64,000 nucleotides of DNA from an uncultured delta proteobacterium (GCA_963802945.1 CAWDKY010000030.1:128001-192000), one strand, 5' to 3'; positions 40,398 to 50,808 are shown, counted from the stretch's first letter. Numbers and translations: made by a program. Notes: generated from the letters alone by a model not told the origin.

Positions 40398-42709
40398 GAA
40401 CCAGCCAGCTCCATGCGATGAAAGTAGGCATTAAAGACAATGAACCCTTCTTCCGAGGGAAGATATTCAACCCAAAACATGACCTGGTATGGTCTGAAAG
40501 AAGCCTTGAAGCGGCCTGATTCAGGGTCATAGAATTTTTCCCCAGTGGTCTCTCCGTGATGAATGACTTTTTGCAGGTCCTCTTCCAGGATACGGCGTTT
40601 ATCCAAAAGATCCTGGACTTCCGGAGCAATTTTCAGCTTTATTTTTTGATGCTCATTTTTTTCCATAGGTTTTTCACCCCAGAGTTCATTGAGTAAGCGG
40701 TCTTTCAGCCGGGATCGATTTTCCTGCCTCTGGGACCACCCGGTTTTTTCCCTGGCAGCCGGATCGGGAATCAGGGGATCAGGGAAGAGCAGGTCTAGAA
40801 GATGCAGGGCTCGTTTGCCGGCCGAGGCCAGACTATCCCGGCACATGGCACAGTAGGCCAGATAATCCCTTTCACTCCTCTGAGCCCTTCGAAGCGCCAC
40901 TTCTCGAGCCAAGGGCGGATTGGCATTTAGCATCAGCCCGCCAAAGCCGCAACATTCGGTCAATTCCCGGCTTAGCTTCAATTCCTCCACAGGAACCGCC
41001 AATCGATGCAGCAATCGGCGAACCGCGGCCTGGACCTCCGGTTCTAATCTGGTAGTACAGGGATCGTGAACGGCCAGGGTCTCACGGACAATGCCCGGAG
41101 ACGGGAGGGAGTCACCGTTTTCCTCCAGTACCTGCCAGAGGGAGATCACCGGAATCTCAGACAAATGTTCCTTGAATAGGCGTAGACAGGTAGAACAGGC
41201 CAGGATCAGCCTCGGTTCCCCCAGGCTGCGCCATTGCTCCCTAATGCCTTCCAGTTCATTGGCGAACTGTTCCTGACAACCGGCCCAATAAGCCGGGGCC
41301 GCACAGCAGCCGAGAATCAATCCCACTCCTTCGGAAAGGACGGAGCGCAGATGAGCATAAACCGCCGTGACCTTATCCGGTGCGGAGCCGCAGAGCTGGC
41401 AGCCAGGGAAAAAGGCCTGGGCACTGCCCGATCGGCCGGGCTCATGTCGGGCCAGGGCAAAGCGTTCGCTTTGGCTAAAGGCCATATCCAAGAGGGCGAA
41501 CTCATGGGCCGACGACGGCATCTTTCCCCGTCGAACCATACTCTGACGGGTTTGAAGGCAAAGATCCTGCATGGCAAATGCTTCCGGGCAAACCGTTTCA
41601 CAAAGTCCGCAAAGGCTGCAGGAGTTGATCAGCTTATTAGCCTGGTGCGAACCAAGGACGATGGATTCGTTATTATAAATTTCCCGGGTGTATTTTTTAG
41701 GGTAGGATCCGAAGCGTTCCAGGTAAACACAGACCTTGACACATTCCAGGCATTGGCACTGAAGACAGCGCCCAGCTTCCTTCTGGGCCTCTTCGTCGGA
41801 ATAACCCTGGAGCGGGTCGGCCATCTTCACAGCCGGGAGGGACGTCACTTCGGCCAGGCTGGTGAATAGGCGCGTCGGGACAGGACCTTCCTTTTCCCGA
41901 CTTGCTGTTAAAGACACCTTTTGCAGAAATCGGTCTATAGAATTGGCCGCCCAACGACCCTCGGCCGCCTGCCAAACAGGCGAGATTGTTCCATGGCGCG
42001 AAAGACCTCCGGCAAAAATCCCTTCCCTGCTGGTCCTTTGTATTTTAGCCTCGACCCGGATCCGGCCGTTCGAACCCTCTTCGAGATTCCAAAGACCGCC
42101 GGGAAAGCCATCCAGGCCCAGGTAAACGGCATCGAAAGCCTCAAGGCATCGTTCCAAAAAATCAGGTTCGTTGACTTGGGCTTGGAGTTCGACTTCCATA
42201 CCGAGTTCGATGAGAAGGGCCGTTTCTTCTTCAATCACTTCCCGGGGAAGTAAAGCCGGAAAGTGTTCCCGCAAAGGCTCTCCCAGGGCCTTCCCCGGTT
42301 CGAAAATCCGAACGATGTATCCCTTGCGAAGGCAATCCCAGGCCGCGGTCAGACTGCTCAGTCCGCTGCCTACCACAGCGATCCGTTTGCCTTTGATCGG
42401 CAGCAATACCATTCGTTGGGAGGCTGTTTTCTGCCGGACACAGGCCTTTTCAAGAGCTCCAATGCGAATAGCCTCCCCAGCCTCTTGTCGTTTGCAGCGC
42501 TCCTCACAGGGGGCGTCACAGATGCGCCCTAAAATATTTGGTAAGGGCATGGTCTTGCGCAGAACCTTCAAAGACTCGCTTAAGTTACCTCGGGCCATTT
42601 GTCCGATAAAAGACCGAACGTCGATGTGCAGGGGGCAGGCGGCTGTGCATTCCGGAGGATTTTCCTGGATGCATTGATTTTCCAGCCGATGCAGCTCCTG
42701 TTGCTCCAC
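40394..42709 (-). CDS. Pyridine nucleotide-disulfide oxidoreductase / 4Fe-4S dicluster / CCG-domain protein
   Basis: CTAACP, GRICDAPC, GSGLSSL, CLQCQCLEC, CSLCGLCETVCP, HDPCTTR, CCGFGG. Confidence 0.82.
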   Translation of the reverse strand: MEQQELHRLENQCIQENPPECTAACPLHIDVRSFIGQMARGNLSESLKVLRKTMPLPNILGRICDAPCEERCKRQEAGEAIRIGALEKACVRQKTASQRMVLLPIKGKRIAVVGSGLSSLTAAWDCLRKGYIVRIFEPGKALGEPLREHFPALLPREVIEEETALLIELGMEVELQAQVNEPDFLERCLEAFDAVYLGLDGFPGGLWNLEEGSNGRIRVEAKIQRTSREGIFAGGLSRHGTISPVWQAAEGRWAANSIDRFLQKVSLTASREKEGPVPTRLFTSLAEVTSLPAVKMADPLQGYSDEEAQKEAGRCLQCQCLECVKVCVYLERFGSYPKKYTREIYNNESIVLGSHQANKLINSCSLCGLCETVCPEAFAMQDLCLQTRQSMVRRGKMPSSAHEFALLDMAFSQSERFALARHEPGRSGSAQAFFPGCQLCGSAPDKVTAVYAHLRSVLSEGVGLILGCCAAPAYWAGCQEQFANELEGIREQWRSLGEPRLILACSTCLRLFKEHLSEIPVISLWQVLEENGDSLPSPGIVRETLAVHDPCTTRLEPEVQAAVRRLLHRLAVPVEELKLSRELTECCGFGGLMLNANPPLAREVALRRAQRSERDYLAYCAMCRDSLASAGKRALHLLDLLFPDPLIPDPAAREKTGWSQRQENRSRLKDRLLNELWGEKPMEKNEHQKIKLKIAPEVQDLLDKRRILEEDLQKVIHHGETTGEKFYDPESGRFKASFRPYQVMFWVEYLPSEEGFIVFNAYFHRMELAGS

Positions 42710-42812
42710 GATAAGGCCCTTACGTACTACCGACTTACTGATGGATTGTTTTCAAACTAGGCGTTCATACCCAAAGGGGCGCCACGAAACATGAAAAAGG
42801 ATTAAAGGGGTC

Positions 42813-42847
42813 AAGGGGCCGAGAATTGGATCCTCGGCCCCTTTTTT
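42813..42847. terminator. Intercistronic hairpin after mop
   Basis: aaggggccgag-N9-ctcggcccctt. Confidence 0.55.
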
Positions 42848-42884
42848 CGATCTAAGTTCTCAAGCCCCTGCTGGCGATTCTATT

Positions 42885-45614
42885 TTACTTCTTGGCCTTC
42901 AATCCGGCCAGGACCTTTTCCGGCAGGGCCGGCAGATGCCTGATTCGTACCCCCGTAGTATTGGCAATGGCATTGATGACCGCCACATGGGAAGAGGTCA
43001 AGGGCAATTCGCCTACACCGGCGGCCCCAAAGGGTCCGTTGGGACGTGGCGTCTCAAAATAATAAATGTCGAACTTATCGGGAATGTCCTTGGCATAGGG
43101 CAATCCGCAGGCGTGGAGGGAGGTATGTTTTTTCAGATCCTCAAAGTCTTCGGAAAGAGCCAGCCCGATACCTTGAGCCACTCCGCCGTAGATCTGCCCG
43201 TCCACCACCAGTTTGTTGTTGATCTTGCCCACATCGGCCATAACGGTAAATCCCTCCACAGTCGTTTTCCCTGTTTTGGTATTGACCGCTATTTCGGCCA
43301 TGAAAAGGCCGTACATATAAACCGAAAAAGGAGAGCCCTGAGAGGTTTCCAGGGAGCAGTTGGAGGCCATGGAAGCCGTCCAAGCGCCGGAGTAACTGAT
43401 GGGTATCTTTTCCGCCACCATCTCCTGGTAGGTACGATAAGTACCGTCCGGCTTGCGCATGGCGGCCAGCAACATTTCACAACCGTTCTTAATGGCATTT
43501 CCAGTCATCACTTGAGATCGACTTCCCCCGGCAGGACCGCTGTTGGGTGTCAGGGCCGTATCGTTCATGACCAGGCGGATTTGCTCCGGAGCCAGCCCCA
43601 GAGGCCTTAAGGCCTTGTGGGCCGTGCCCAGGCTGCCTGCATCAGCGCCCTGTCCGTGGTCTTCCCAGGTATTAAAGAGCGTCACAGTGTTGTCCGGATT
43701 CAACTCCACCCGGACCTCCGAGGCGTCCGGCCCATCCAGACCGCAGCCGTAAATCCCCAGGGAAATCCCTACGCCTTTCTTAATATCCCCGGTAGATCCT
43801 GACTTAGCCTTCTTCTTGGCCTCCTGGTATAAGGGTCGTAGTTTGTCGACCATCTCGGTAAAGCTGAAAACTTCGGGCGTCTGCCCGGTTGGGGTAGTGT
43901 CACCGGGCCGATAAACATTGCGGGCCCGCAATTCTAGAGGATCTTCCCCCATCTTGGCCGCCAGCTCATCCATCAGGCTTTCGCCGGCCAAAAAGGCCTG
44001 TGGCGAGCCGTAGGCCCGGAAGGCCGAGCCCCAGGCGTGGTTGGTGCAGACGGTTCTCCCCTCGCCGCGGATATTGGGAATGCCGTAACCGGCGCCCATG
44101 AACTGGGCCCCGCGCAGAGTCAGCAGATCTCCAAATTCCGAATAGGGACCGTGATCGACGCTCCAATCGTTTTCCATGGCCAGGAGTTTCCCGTTTTTAT
44201 CGGCCCCGTATTTAATCTTCATCCAGAAGGGGGAACGCTTGCCGGTGTAAGTGATGTGCTGATGGTAATTGTAGCGGAGGAAGACCGGACGGTTGGTGGC
44301 CATACAGGCCACCCCGAGCAGGGCCTCCATAGTGGGGCTGAATTTGTAGCCGAAGGTACCTCCGGCGGGGTTTTGGATCAGACGCAATTTCTCCGGTTCG
44401 ATGCCCAGCCCCGCGGTAATCATGGCGTGATGGAGAAAAATGCCGATGCTTTTGGAATGGATGGTCAACCGTCCTTCCTCATCAAAATAGGCCAGGCCTA
44501 CATCCGTTTCCATGGTCAGATGGGGCTGCCGCTGCAGATAGTATTCCCCTTCCACCACATGAGCCGCCGATTTCATAATCGGTGCCGTATCCTGTCCCTT
44601 GATAATAGGAAGCTTAAAATAGACATTCGGTGTGCCGGGATGGATTTCCAGGGCGTCCTCGGCCATGGCCGCCGGAGCACTCATATAAGCCGGCAGTTCC
44701 TCTAAGTCGACCTTAACCTTTTCAGCCGCTGCCTCAGCCATGGCTTGCGTATCGGCACAGACGATGGCCAGGGCATCCCCATACTGATACACCTTGCTGT
44801 CGCAAAGGATCGGGCGATCCCAGCCGTCACCGGCATTGGTCGGAAAGGTGATCAGACCGGTGATCCGGTTCTTGCCTTTCACATCCTTGTGGGTAACCAC
44901 CTTAAAGACCCCGGGCATTTTTTCGGCCTCCGAGGTATCAATGCTCTTGATATTAGCGTGGGAGACTTTGGCCTGAACCAGGGCCAAATGGAGGGTGCCC
45001 GCCGGCATCTTAGTCCCCAGGTCACCGCCGTAATCGAGGGTACCGGTCACCTTGGCTACGGCCGAGGGTCTCGGATACTTGCTGCCCCAGATCTCGCCAT
45101 CGGCCGGCATCTTGAACAGGAGCGCTTCGACCTTCATTTCACCCCGCATCACCTTGGCTGCATCCATGACGGCATCTACCAAAGGTTTGTAGCCCGTACA
45201 GCGGCAGGCATTGCGGTGCGTGTTAAACCAATCCCTGACCTGGTCTCGGGAGGGATTTGGATTTTCCGCCAGTAGGGCCTTGGTCGAAACGATAAACCCA
45301 GGCGAACAGAACCCACATTGGGCGCCGCCATGGATGATCCAGGCCAACTGGATGGGATGAAGGTTCCCTGGTGTTCCGATCCCTTCAATAGTGGTAACGG
45401 AAGCCCCTTCGGGAACTTTGGACATCTTGGTCACGCAGGAGCGGACCAGTTTATTATCGAGGACCACACTACAGCATCCGCACTGGGCCTGGTTGCAGCC
45501 GATTTTGGTGCCGGTCAATCCTAACTGGTTGCGCAAAACATCGGCCAATGATTCATCGGCCGGAACGATAACCATTCGATTGACACCGTTGACGTTTATT
45601 GTTTTCTTAATCAT
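42885..45614 (-). CDS. mop: Molybdopterin (MCD) aldehyde oxidoreductase, Desulfovibrio Mop type
   Basis: GTKIGCNQAQCGCC, GAQCGFC, RNACRCTGY, GGTFGYK, AFRAYGSPQ, GVGELP; 909 aa single chain. Confidence 0.93.
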   Translation of the reverse strand: MIKKTINVNGVNRMVIVPADESLADVLRNQLGLTGTKIGCNQAQCGCCSVVLDNKLVRSCVTKMSKVPEGASVTTIEGIGTPGNLHPIQLAWIIHGGAQCGFCSPGFIVSTKALLAENPNPSRDQVRDWFNTHRNACRCTGYKPLVDAVMDAAKVMRGEMKVEALLFKMPADGEIWGSKYPRPSAVAKVTGTLDYGGDLGTKMPAGTLHLALVQAKVSHANIKSIDTSEAEKMPGVFKVVTHKDVKGKNRITGLITFPTNAGDGWDRPILCDSKVYQYGDALAIVCADTQAMAEAAAEKVKVDLEELPAYMSAPAAMAEDALEIHPGTPNVYFKLPIIKGQDTAPIMKSAAHVVEGEYYLQRQPHLTMETDVGLAYFDEEGRLTIHSKSIGIFLHHAMITAGLGIEPEKLRLIQNPAGGTFGYKFSPTMEALLGVACMATNRPVFLRYNYHQHITYTGKRSPFWMKIKYGADKNGKLLAMENDWSVDHGPYSEFGDLLTLRGAQFMGAGYGIPNIRGEGRTVCTNHAWGSAFRAYGSPQAFLAGESLMDELAAKMGEDPLELRARNVYRPGDTTPTGQTPEVFSFTEMVDKLRPLYQEAKKKAKSGSTGDIKKGVGISLGIYGCGLDGPDASEVRVELNPDNTVTLFNTWEDHGQGADAGSLGTAHKALRPLGLAPEQIRLVMNDTALTPNSGPAGGSRSQVMTGNAIKNGCEMLLAAMRKPDGTYRTYQEMVAEKIPISYSGAWTASMASNCSLETSQGSPFSVYMYGLFMAEIAVNTKTGKTTVEGFTVMADVGKINNKLVVDGQIYGGVAQGIGLALSEDFEDLKKHTSLHACGLPYAKDIPDKFDIYYFETPRPNGPFGAAGVGELPLTSSHVAVINAIANTTGVRIRHLPALPEKVLAGLKAKK

Positions 45615-45890
45615 ACCGTCTTCCCCCTTTCATGTTATGGCCTGTGGTTAAAATTTACATTAACCGCTCAGTATATTTCGAACCTCGTTTATCCGGCCCG
45701 GAACCCATCCTGACCTCTTTTGTTCCTGTTTGTCTTTCAACCGCCTTCCCTCAAAGACGGGGATAATCGAAGTTGAATAAAATCTGCTTTATTTTTTCAT
45801 AGAATGACCAAATTGTCAAAAAAAATCCGAGTTTATTTCTAACAGAAGCAGGTATTATTTCAATTAGGTAACCGGTTTAAATAATTAGGT

Positions 45891-45932
45891 TTGAACTTTG
45901 TAACTTTATGTGTTATTTTTAACATATAAAAT
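45891..45932 (+). promoter_or_regulatory. fmdE promoter with an overlapping palindromic operator
   Basis: ttgaac-N17-tatttt; atgtgtta-tttt-taacatat. Confidence 0.55.
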
Positions 45933-46000
45933 ATCCTTATAGGACAAACGGTTGTGAAAAACTACATCCGGCGATTTAAAGAAAAGGAGCCTTTTTATTC

Positions 46001-46594
46001 ATGAACATTGGTACCTATTCCTATGAAGAGTATCTCCACCTGGTTGAATCCTTTCATGGCAGTCTGGCACCAGGACTGATCATCGGCGGTTTCATGGTTG
46101 ATCTGGCGCTGAAGCATTTGCCCGAGGGCGAATTCTTTGATGCGGTCTGCGAAACCCCGGCCTGCCTTCCCGATGCCGTGCAGATCCTAACCCCGTGTAC
46201 CATCGGCAACGGCTGGCTGACGGTATTGAATTTGGGAAGATTTGCGGTGACCTTTTATGAAAAATACGGCGGAGCGGGCGTTCGGGTTTATTTAGACGCA
46301 AAAAAACTGGAAGACTGGCCCGAGGTGCGGGATTGGTATCTCAAACGAAGGAAAAAGCAAAACCAAAACACCGAACGGCTGATGGCCCAGATCAAGGAAG
46401 CGGGACATGCTCTGCTAAGCCTACAGCGGGTCCGCATTGAACCGGAAAAGATCAGGAGAAAAAATAAGGGGTCGATCGGAATATGCCCAAGGTGTGCAGA
46501 AGCCTATCCGCTCAAAGATGGTGAAAGCTGCCGAAACTGTCAGGGAGAGACGCCTTATAAAGAAGTCCCCGTCATCACAACACCAACATATTAA
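46001..46594 (+). CDS. FmdE (FwdE) family protein with C-terminal zinc finger
   Basis: FHGSLAPGLIIG, ETPACLPDAVQILTPCTIGNG, CPRCAEAYP...CRNC. Confidence 0.85.
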   Translation: MNIGTYSYEEYLHLVESFHGSLAPGLIIGGFMVDLALKHLPEGEFFDAVCETPACLPDAVQILTPCTIGNGWLTVLNLGRFAVTFYEKYGGAGVRVYLDAKKLEDWPEVRDWYLKRRKKQNQNTERLMAQIKEAGHALLSLQRVRIEPEKIRRKNKGSIGICPRCAEAYPLKDGESCRNCQGETPYKEVPVITTPTY

Positions 46595-46605
46595 GAAGGA
46601 AAAAG

Positions 46606-46692
46606 GACTCGAGGATTCCAGGATTCGAGGGTTCAAGGGTTTTTACTTCCATGCCTTTTATGTGAATCCTTGACCCCTTGAATCCTTCGATC
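46606..46692. repeat. Degenerate 8-mer array with complementary arm
   Basis: ggactcga ggattcca ggattcga gggttcaa ... tccttgac cccttgaa tccttcga. Confidence 0.65.
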
Positions 46693-46725
46693 ATCGCCAA
46701 CCCTTTTGGAGATGATCCATAACTA

Positions 46726-47526
46726 TTAAACTAATCGTTCCGGATGGGTGTAAATAAAGCCGCCGTTCTCCCGCGCATATCCCAAAAGGGTTACATTGTG
46801 CTGATCGGCCAGCCTCACAGCGGCAGTAGTAGGTGTGGATCTGGATACCAAAACCGGGACGCCGATCCTGATAATCTTGGCCATGATTTCGGAAGAAATC
46901 CTTCCGGATACAAAAACAATCCCTCGGCTGAACAAATCGAACCTGTCCTCTTTCAACAGAATGCCGGCCATTTTATCAAAGCAGTTATGCCTGCCAATGT
47001 CTTCAGTCAGGCGTTCATACTCCGGAGTATATAACCATACGCTGTGTACTCCCCCTATGTTTTTGAACAATTCTGATTTTGATAAAAAATCCCTCATCAA
47101 ACCCAAGATGGACTCAATGGAAAAAGTTTCCTCGCTTTGCATGGTTATATTTTGGCTTTGTTTTTCGGGACTGATATCGGTATAAGATTTGCCGCCACCG
47201 GAAGTAATACTTTTCAAACTTCCTCGTCGGTCAACAGTGATGCCCTCTCTAAGTTTGATAATAACAGCCACCAGTTTTTCGTTAAAAGAAATTGTTTCCA
47301 CATCAGCCAGGGTATTAATGATCCCCTCGTTATAAAGGAAACCCAGAGCCAGTTCCTCCTGGAGTTGATTCAGACAAAGAATAGAAACTAGTTCTGAATC
47401 ATTAACCGTGATTTTCAACGATATTTCACCAATCACCTTTTTACTGATTTCCTGAAGTCGGCAGCCGATTTCATCTCTGATGATTTCATCTACGGCCATT
47501 TCTTCATAGATCACATCTTCCGACAT
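46726..47526 (-). CDS. fdhD: Formate dehydrogenase accessory sulfurtransferase FdhD
   Basis: ELALGFLYNEG, GGVHS, EDIGRHN.FDK, SGRISSEI, SRSTPT..AV.LA...TLLGYAR. Confidence 0.88.
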   Translation of the reverse strand: MSEDVIYEEMAVDEIIRDEIGCRLQEISKKVIGEISLKITVNDSELVSILCLNQLQEELALGFLYNEGIINTLADVETISFNEKLVAVIIKLREGITVDRRGSLKSITSGGGKSYTDISPEKQSQNITMQSEETFSIESILGLMRDFLSKSELFKNIGGVHSVWLYTPEYERLTEDIGRHNCFDKMAGILLKEDRFDLFSRGIVFVSGRISSEIMAKIIRIGVPVLVSRSTPTTAAVRLADQHNVTLLGYARENGGFIYTHPERLV

Positions 47527-47802
47527 AACGGCCCTTTCTTGGCTCGCCTCTGTGAGTGAGAGTGACGTTGCTACTCTTGTCTGATATGATTTTTTTAGGA
47601 TGGAATAAGTATAAAAGAAGGCCCTTAAGGGGTCAAGGAAAAACAGGGGGTAATAACAGGGATGAAGGATGTCGGTAGTTTGGCGAAGGGATATTCAGGT
47701 CGGATCGATTATTCTTGCTCTTTTGAATAGTTTTTGCTAAATTTTATCATCCCTCGGATTGAAGCTTCTCCGGGGGTAGTTTGTTTGAAAGGAAACGCCG
47801 AC

Positions 47803-48276
47803 ATGGATCGGACACCAATTACTAAGGAAGGTCTGGAGAGACTTCGGGAAGAATTAAAACGGCTGGAAAGGGAAGATAGGCCCGCTGTTATCAAGGCCAT
47901 TGCCGAAGCCCGATCTCAAGGAGACATTTCGGAAAATGCCGAGTATCAAGCGGCCAAGGAACGCCAGTCCTTTATTGAAGGCCGGATCATGGAACTTCAC
48001 ACCAAGATCGCCAGCTCTGAAATCATTGATGTTTCCGATTTGCCCGAAGACCGGGTCGTCTTCGGCACCACCGTCCTTTTGAACGACTTAGATACCGGGG
48101 ATGAATTTAAAATCAGACTGGTTGGTCCCGATGAATCCAATGTGGATGATGGAGACATCTCCGTCCTTTCCCCATTAGGTAGGGCCTTGATAGGAAAAGA
48201 ACCGGGCGATGAAATTCAAGTCAAAACCCCAGGGGGCCTGCGGCTTCTGGAGATTATCAATATAAACATTACCTAA
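47803..48276 (+). CDS. greA: Transcription elongation factor GreA
   Basis: IAEARSQGDISENAEYQAAKE, ISVLSPLGRALIGK. Confidence 0.95.
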   Translation: MDRTPITKEGLERLREELKRLEREDRPAVIKAIAEARSQGDISENAEYQAAKERQSFIEGRIMELHTKIASSEIIDVSDLPEDRVVFGTTVLLNDLDTGDEFKIRLVGPDESNVDDGDISVLSPLGRALIGKEPGDEIQVKTPGGLRLLEIININIT

Positions 48277-48284
48277 AAAAACAA

Positions 48285-48362
48285 GCCGTACGTTGCAACG
48301 ACAAAATGTGAAACTCAATTCCGCGAAATGCGGAACAGAAGGACTTTTTACCAAGCCGTCAA
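48285..48362. repeat. Right end of the MITE-like family seen at 955 and 52893
   Basis: cagaaggactttttaccaagccgtcaa; its reverse complement resembles ttgacggc..gtaaaaagt. Confidence 0.55.
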
Positions 48363-48383
48363 ATTTTTAAAACAAGGCCAAGT

Positions 48384-49268
48384 ATGTTTACTCACCAATA
48401 CGCCCTATTGAATGATGTCCGACTCCATTATGTCTCTTCGGGGAAGGGAAAATTAATCCTCTTCATTCATGGATTCCCTGAATTTTGGTACGAATGGAAG
48501 GACCAGCTTGTCGAATTTGGGCAGGACTATCAGGCCGTGGCCCTTGACATGCGGGGCTACAACCTTTCCTCAAAACCTGAAAATGTGGAACAATACCAGA
48601 TGAAATACCTGGTGGAAGACCTGCGGGCCCTGGCCGAGCATCTCGGTCACAAGAAATTCATCCTGGTCGGCCATGACTGGGGCGGCGCGGTGGCCTGGGC
48701 CTTTTCCCTGGTTTACCCGGAGCTGCTGGAAAAGCTGATTATCATAAACGCACCGCACCCGGCTGTGTTTGAACGGGAGTTGCGTCAAAACCCGGCACAA
48801 CAGCAGGCCAGCCAATACATGCTGATGTTCCGCAGTCCCAAGGCTGAAGATATACTTTCAGCCGATAATTATTCCGAACTTTACAAAACGGTTTTGGAAG
48901 AAGGTCTGAAACAAGGTCATTTCACTGAGGAAGATCGTCGGGCTTACCTCGAAGCCTGGTCTCAGCCGGGCGCCCTTACGGGAGGGCTTAATTATTATCG
49001 GGCAAGTCGAGTGGCCCCTGCTTCCATAAAAGACGGCCAATCTTCAGAGAAGCCGGCGACGGATCCGTCCAGGTTCATCGTAAAAACCCCCACCCTGGTG
49101 ATCTGGGGAGAAAAAGATCAGGCCTTGCTGACCGGCAACCTTCAAGGATTGGAACAGTTCATCCCGGATCTGACGGTTAAACGCATCTCCGACGGCTCAC
49201 ACTGGGTTATCCACGAAAAACCCACCCTGATCAACGCCTATATTAGAGAGTTCATTACCCGCCCATAG
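48384..49268 (+). CDS. Alpha/beta hydrolase, epoxide hydrolase-like
   Basis: [30 protein letters not shown]. Confidence 0.88.
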   Translation: MFTHQYALLNDVRLHYVSSGKGKLILFIHGFPEFWYEWKDQLVEFGQDYQAVALDMRGYNLSSKPENVEQYQMKYLVEDLRALAEHLGHKKFILVGHDWGGAVAWAFSLVYPELLEKLIIINAPHPAVFERELRQNPAQQQASQYMLMFRSPKAEDILSADNYSELYKTVLEEGLKQGHFTEEDRRAYLEAWSQPGALTGGLNYYRASRVAPASIKDGQSSEKPATDPSRFIVKTPTLVIWGEKDQALLTGNLQGLEQFIPDLTVKRISDGSHWVIHEKPTLINAYIREFITRP

Positions 49269-49401
49269 GGGAGATTTGGTGGATCCTCGAGCCTCCTAAG
49301 TTCTAACTTTAATTTCCTCCATCCGCAAATTGAATGGCTATTGACTTGCTCCAATTTATTTGGAGCACCCTTGCGGATAACATAGATCAAAGGGATCAAC
49401 C

Positions 49402-49962
49402 TTAAGTTTCAGGAAACCCGACCACTTTTTGATCCCGTTGAACACCGGCAGTGTTCAGGAACATGGAGACCAGATTGTACGCCCCTACGGTCATGACTAC
49501 ATCGATCATCTGTTTTTCGGTGTATTTTTTTGACAAGGTATTCCAGGTAGCCTCGGAGATAAAAGTATCGGCCTGAAGCTCATCAGCAGCCTGAAGTAAG
49601 GCCGCATCGAAAGGATCCCATCCCAGAGCCTGGGGACCTTTGGTAATGTCAACAATTTCCTCGGGACTCAGACCCGCCTTATTCCCAATACGTGTGTGCT
49701 GTCCGAACTCATATTCCGATCGGCAAAGCCAGCCGATACGCAAAATAAGTATTTCACGATCTCGCGCCGGAAGCGTGGATTCGTTTAATATATAATCGGC
49801 AAAAGTCTGCCACCGCTTCATCATTACTGGATGACGGGCCATGGTCAGAAAAATGTTATAGATCTTACCGGACTTTCGTCGATAATAGTTTAGGATCGTT
49901 CGTTGTTCCTCACTCCAATCCGATTCGGCCAGAGGTTTCAGCCGAGGTTCTTTAAGCCGCAT
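49402..49962 (-). CDS. Carboxymuconolactone decarboxylase/AhpD family protein
   Basis: LPARDREILILRIGWLCRSEYEFGQH. Confidence 0.82.
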   Translation of the reverse strand: MRLKEPRLKPLAESDWSEEQRTILNYYRRKSGKIYNIFLTMARHPVMMKRWQTFADYILNESTLPARDREILILRIGWLCRSEYEFGQHTRIGNKAGLSPEEIVDITKGPQALGWDPFDAALLQAADELQADTFISEATWNTLSKKYTEKQMIDVVMTVGAYNLVSMFLNTAGVQRDQKVVGFPET

Positions 49963-50061
49963 ATAATCCTCCTTATTTTTTTTTAGAAATAGTAATTTGT
50001 TCCCAAAAATAAAGTCAAGGAATATTGACTTCGGAAAAATTATTGATTAAGAGATTTTTAC

Positions 50062-50808
50062 TCATTGCGGTTTACTCCCTTCATGCAAACAAGTAATCCC
50101 GAAGGTTAGGGGAAAATTTAGGACATCCACCAATCCAATCTGTTCCATTTCTTGGCCCATTTCCTCCGGTGAAGGAAATTGGAGGATAGATTCAGCCAGA
50201 TAGAGATAGGCAGCCGGATCTTTGGTAAACCAGCGGGACAGGCGAGGAAGGATGTATTTTAAATAAGGAACATAGAACATTCGAAACCATTTATTTTTGG
50301 GTACAGTTAATTCCAACAAAAAAACTTTTCCCCCCGGCAGCAGGACTCGAACCATCTCTTCCAAAACCCTCCGGCGGTCGGGCATATTTCGAATACCAAA
50401 GGCCACAGTCAAGGCATCAAAACTCCCGTCAGGAAAAGGCAGGTTCATGGCATCGCCCTGTATCAAGGAAATACGCCCGGATAGACCCGAGGGTTCAATC
50501 TTGGCCGCAGCCGCATTCAGCATGGCTTTCGCAAAATCCAGGCCGAATACCCCGATTTGCGGATGATACCGGGCTGCATCTATCGCTACGTCTCCTGTCC
50601 CTGTGGCCAGGTCCAGAAGGCGGTGGGTGGAAAAAAAATTAATGCGTTGTATCAGAAATCGTCTCCAGGCTTTATCGCGGCCAGCGCTTAAAAAGTGATT
50701 CAGGAAATCATAACGGTCCGTCACCGAAGAGAAGATTCGTTGAACGATTTTAACCCGCTGTTCTTCAGACAAGTCTTTTATCGAAGGATAGGCATTTGAG
50801 AGAGGCAA
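50062..50808 (-). CDS. menG: Demethylmenaquinone methyltransferase MenG/UbiE
   Basis: YDFLNHFLS.G.DKAWR, LDLATGTGD, AFGIRN, AYLYLAESI. Confidence 0.88.
   Translation of the reverse strand: MPLSNAYPSIKDLSEEQRVKIVQRIFSSVTDRYDFLNHFLSAGRDKAWRRFLIQRINFFSTHRLLDLATGTGDVAIDAARYHPQIGVFGLDFAKAMLNAAAAKIEPSGLSGRISLIQGDAMNLPFPDGSFDALTVAFGIRNMPDRRRVLEEMVRVLLPGGKVFLLELTVPKNKWFRMFYVPYLKYILPRLSRWFTKDPAAYLYLAESILQFPSPEEMGQEMEQIGLVDVLNFPLTFGITCLHEGSKPQ

Noticed and set aside
45615-45790. Possible Moco/Wco riboswitch upstream of mop (tccccgtctttgagggaagg)
   Set aside because: Only a loose partial resemblance; the other conserved stems were not found.
46606-46692. Short repeats as a CRISPR or guide-RNA array
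   Set aside because: Units are 7-8 bp without unique spacers of regular length, and no cas or effector genes are nearby.
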